DNA from: Carcharhinus longimanus | Lineage: Eukaryota | Length of the DNA stretch: 64,000 nucleotides | Assembly (NCBI GenBank): GCA_030264375.1 | Contig: JASCQW010000061.1 | Location: 72,808,412-72,872,411, forward strand | Direction of reading: 5' to 3' | Shown here: piece after piece, positions 63,331 to 64,000 of the stretch | Position numbering within the stretch: position 1 is the stretch's first letter | Layout: every line of letters starts with the position of its first letter | Position numbers and translations under genes: made by a program | Notes under the pieces: generated by a model | What the model was told of the DNA's origin: nothing | Seen by the model: only the letters and a program-made list of their open reading frames with translations | Database searches by the model: none

Positions 63331-64000
63331 CCACTATCCTCATACCAGAGTGTACAGGCAGTGATCCAGCTTTCACAACATGTTCAAGGTCCAGTGTCAC
63401 AGAAGGCTCTGCCAGTAAGGACACCATGATGTCATTATCTGGCATGGACAGAGATTGCCTCTAGCTATGTGGGTGGGCACCCAATGCCAATGGTTCTGAA
63501 GATCAATGGTCCCCAATTTTTATGCATCTGGATCTTTTCAAGGATCAATTGGGTCAGTTGACGAACTTTTATCCCACCCTGGGTCGAGGTTGCAGCTAAA
63601 ACGTAGAAGCTGCCTGGTCAACTGGCCTGCCCACCAACTGTAAGGGCAGATGCCAAATGTAAAAACCCATTCAGCTTATTCATTTCAATTGTCCCCTTGA
63701 TTGTCAGCACGTGTGTTTCCAGGTTGTTGACCAAAATCTCATGGAAGGGCGCAATAGCACCTGGACACACGCCTCATGTCTCTTGCACAATTTCCAGGTC
63801 TGGCATGTGCCCTCTTGAGCAATCTCAAATTCTGACCATGGACTTCACCCTGAGTTGCATGCACGAACTACATTGCATGCAGTAATGCTGATGTCACTTT
63901 GCTGATTTGGTACAAATGCATTGGTCCACATAATTAAATGCTTCCTTGTCACAAAAAGAAATTTACATTTTTAGTCTTTGGCTAGTCTAACCCCTGTAAA

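Noticed and set aside
1-64000. CRISPR arrays, operons or other prokaryotic systems
   Set aside because: The sequence is intron-containing vertebrate DNA with no regularly spaced repeat-spacer array.

Overview
Vertebrate genomic DNA from a draft assembly with nine N-gaps. The repeat content (HE1-type V-SINEs, CR1/HER1-type LINEs, DeuSINE remnants) indicates a cartilaginous fish, probably a shark; this is an inference. The only host gene I can support is the 3' half of HNF4G (nuclear receptor NR2A2) on the + strand: five coding exons at 1122-1209, 1343-1495, 3053-3289, 5469-5591 and 9785-9909, then an AU-rich 3'UTR with AATAAA at 11237-11242. The remaining ~52 kb is a gene desert; in other vertebrates the next gene is ZFHX4. 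It holds decayed mobile elements: CR1, L2, RTE and Rex/Babar LINEs, Penelope-like elements, four SINE types, a solo LTR with a 5-bp TSD, a ZMYM1-like hAT transposase, two-gene Harbinger elements and MITEs. The best leads are (i) three distinct hammerhead-ribozyme-like motif families in Penelope-type repeats, one inside an HNF4G intron, (ii) a V-SINE variant whose tail matches the Rex/Babar LINE end rather than CR1, and (iii) repeat-free, CpG-retaining Pbx-Hox/Meis motif clusters that are candidate conserved enhancers. I found no evidence for a wholly new protein-coding system. Repeat boundaries are approximate and were set by eye.
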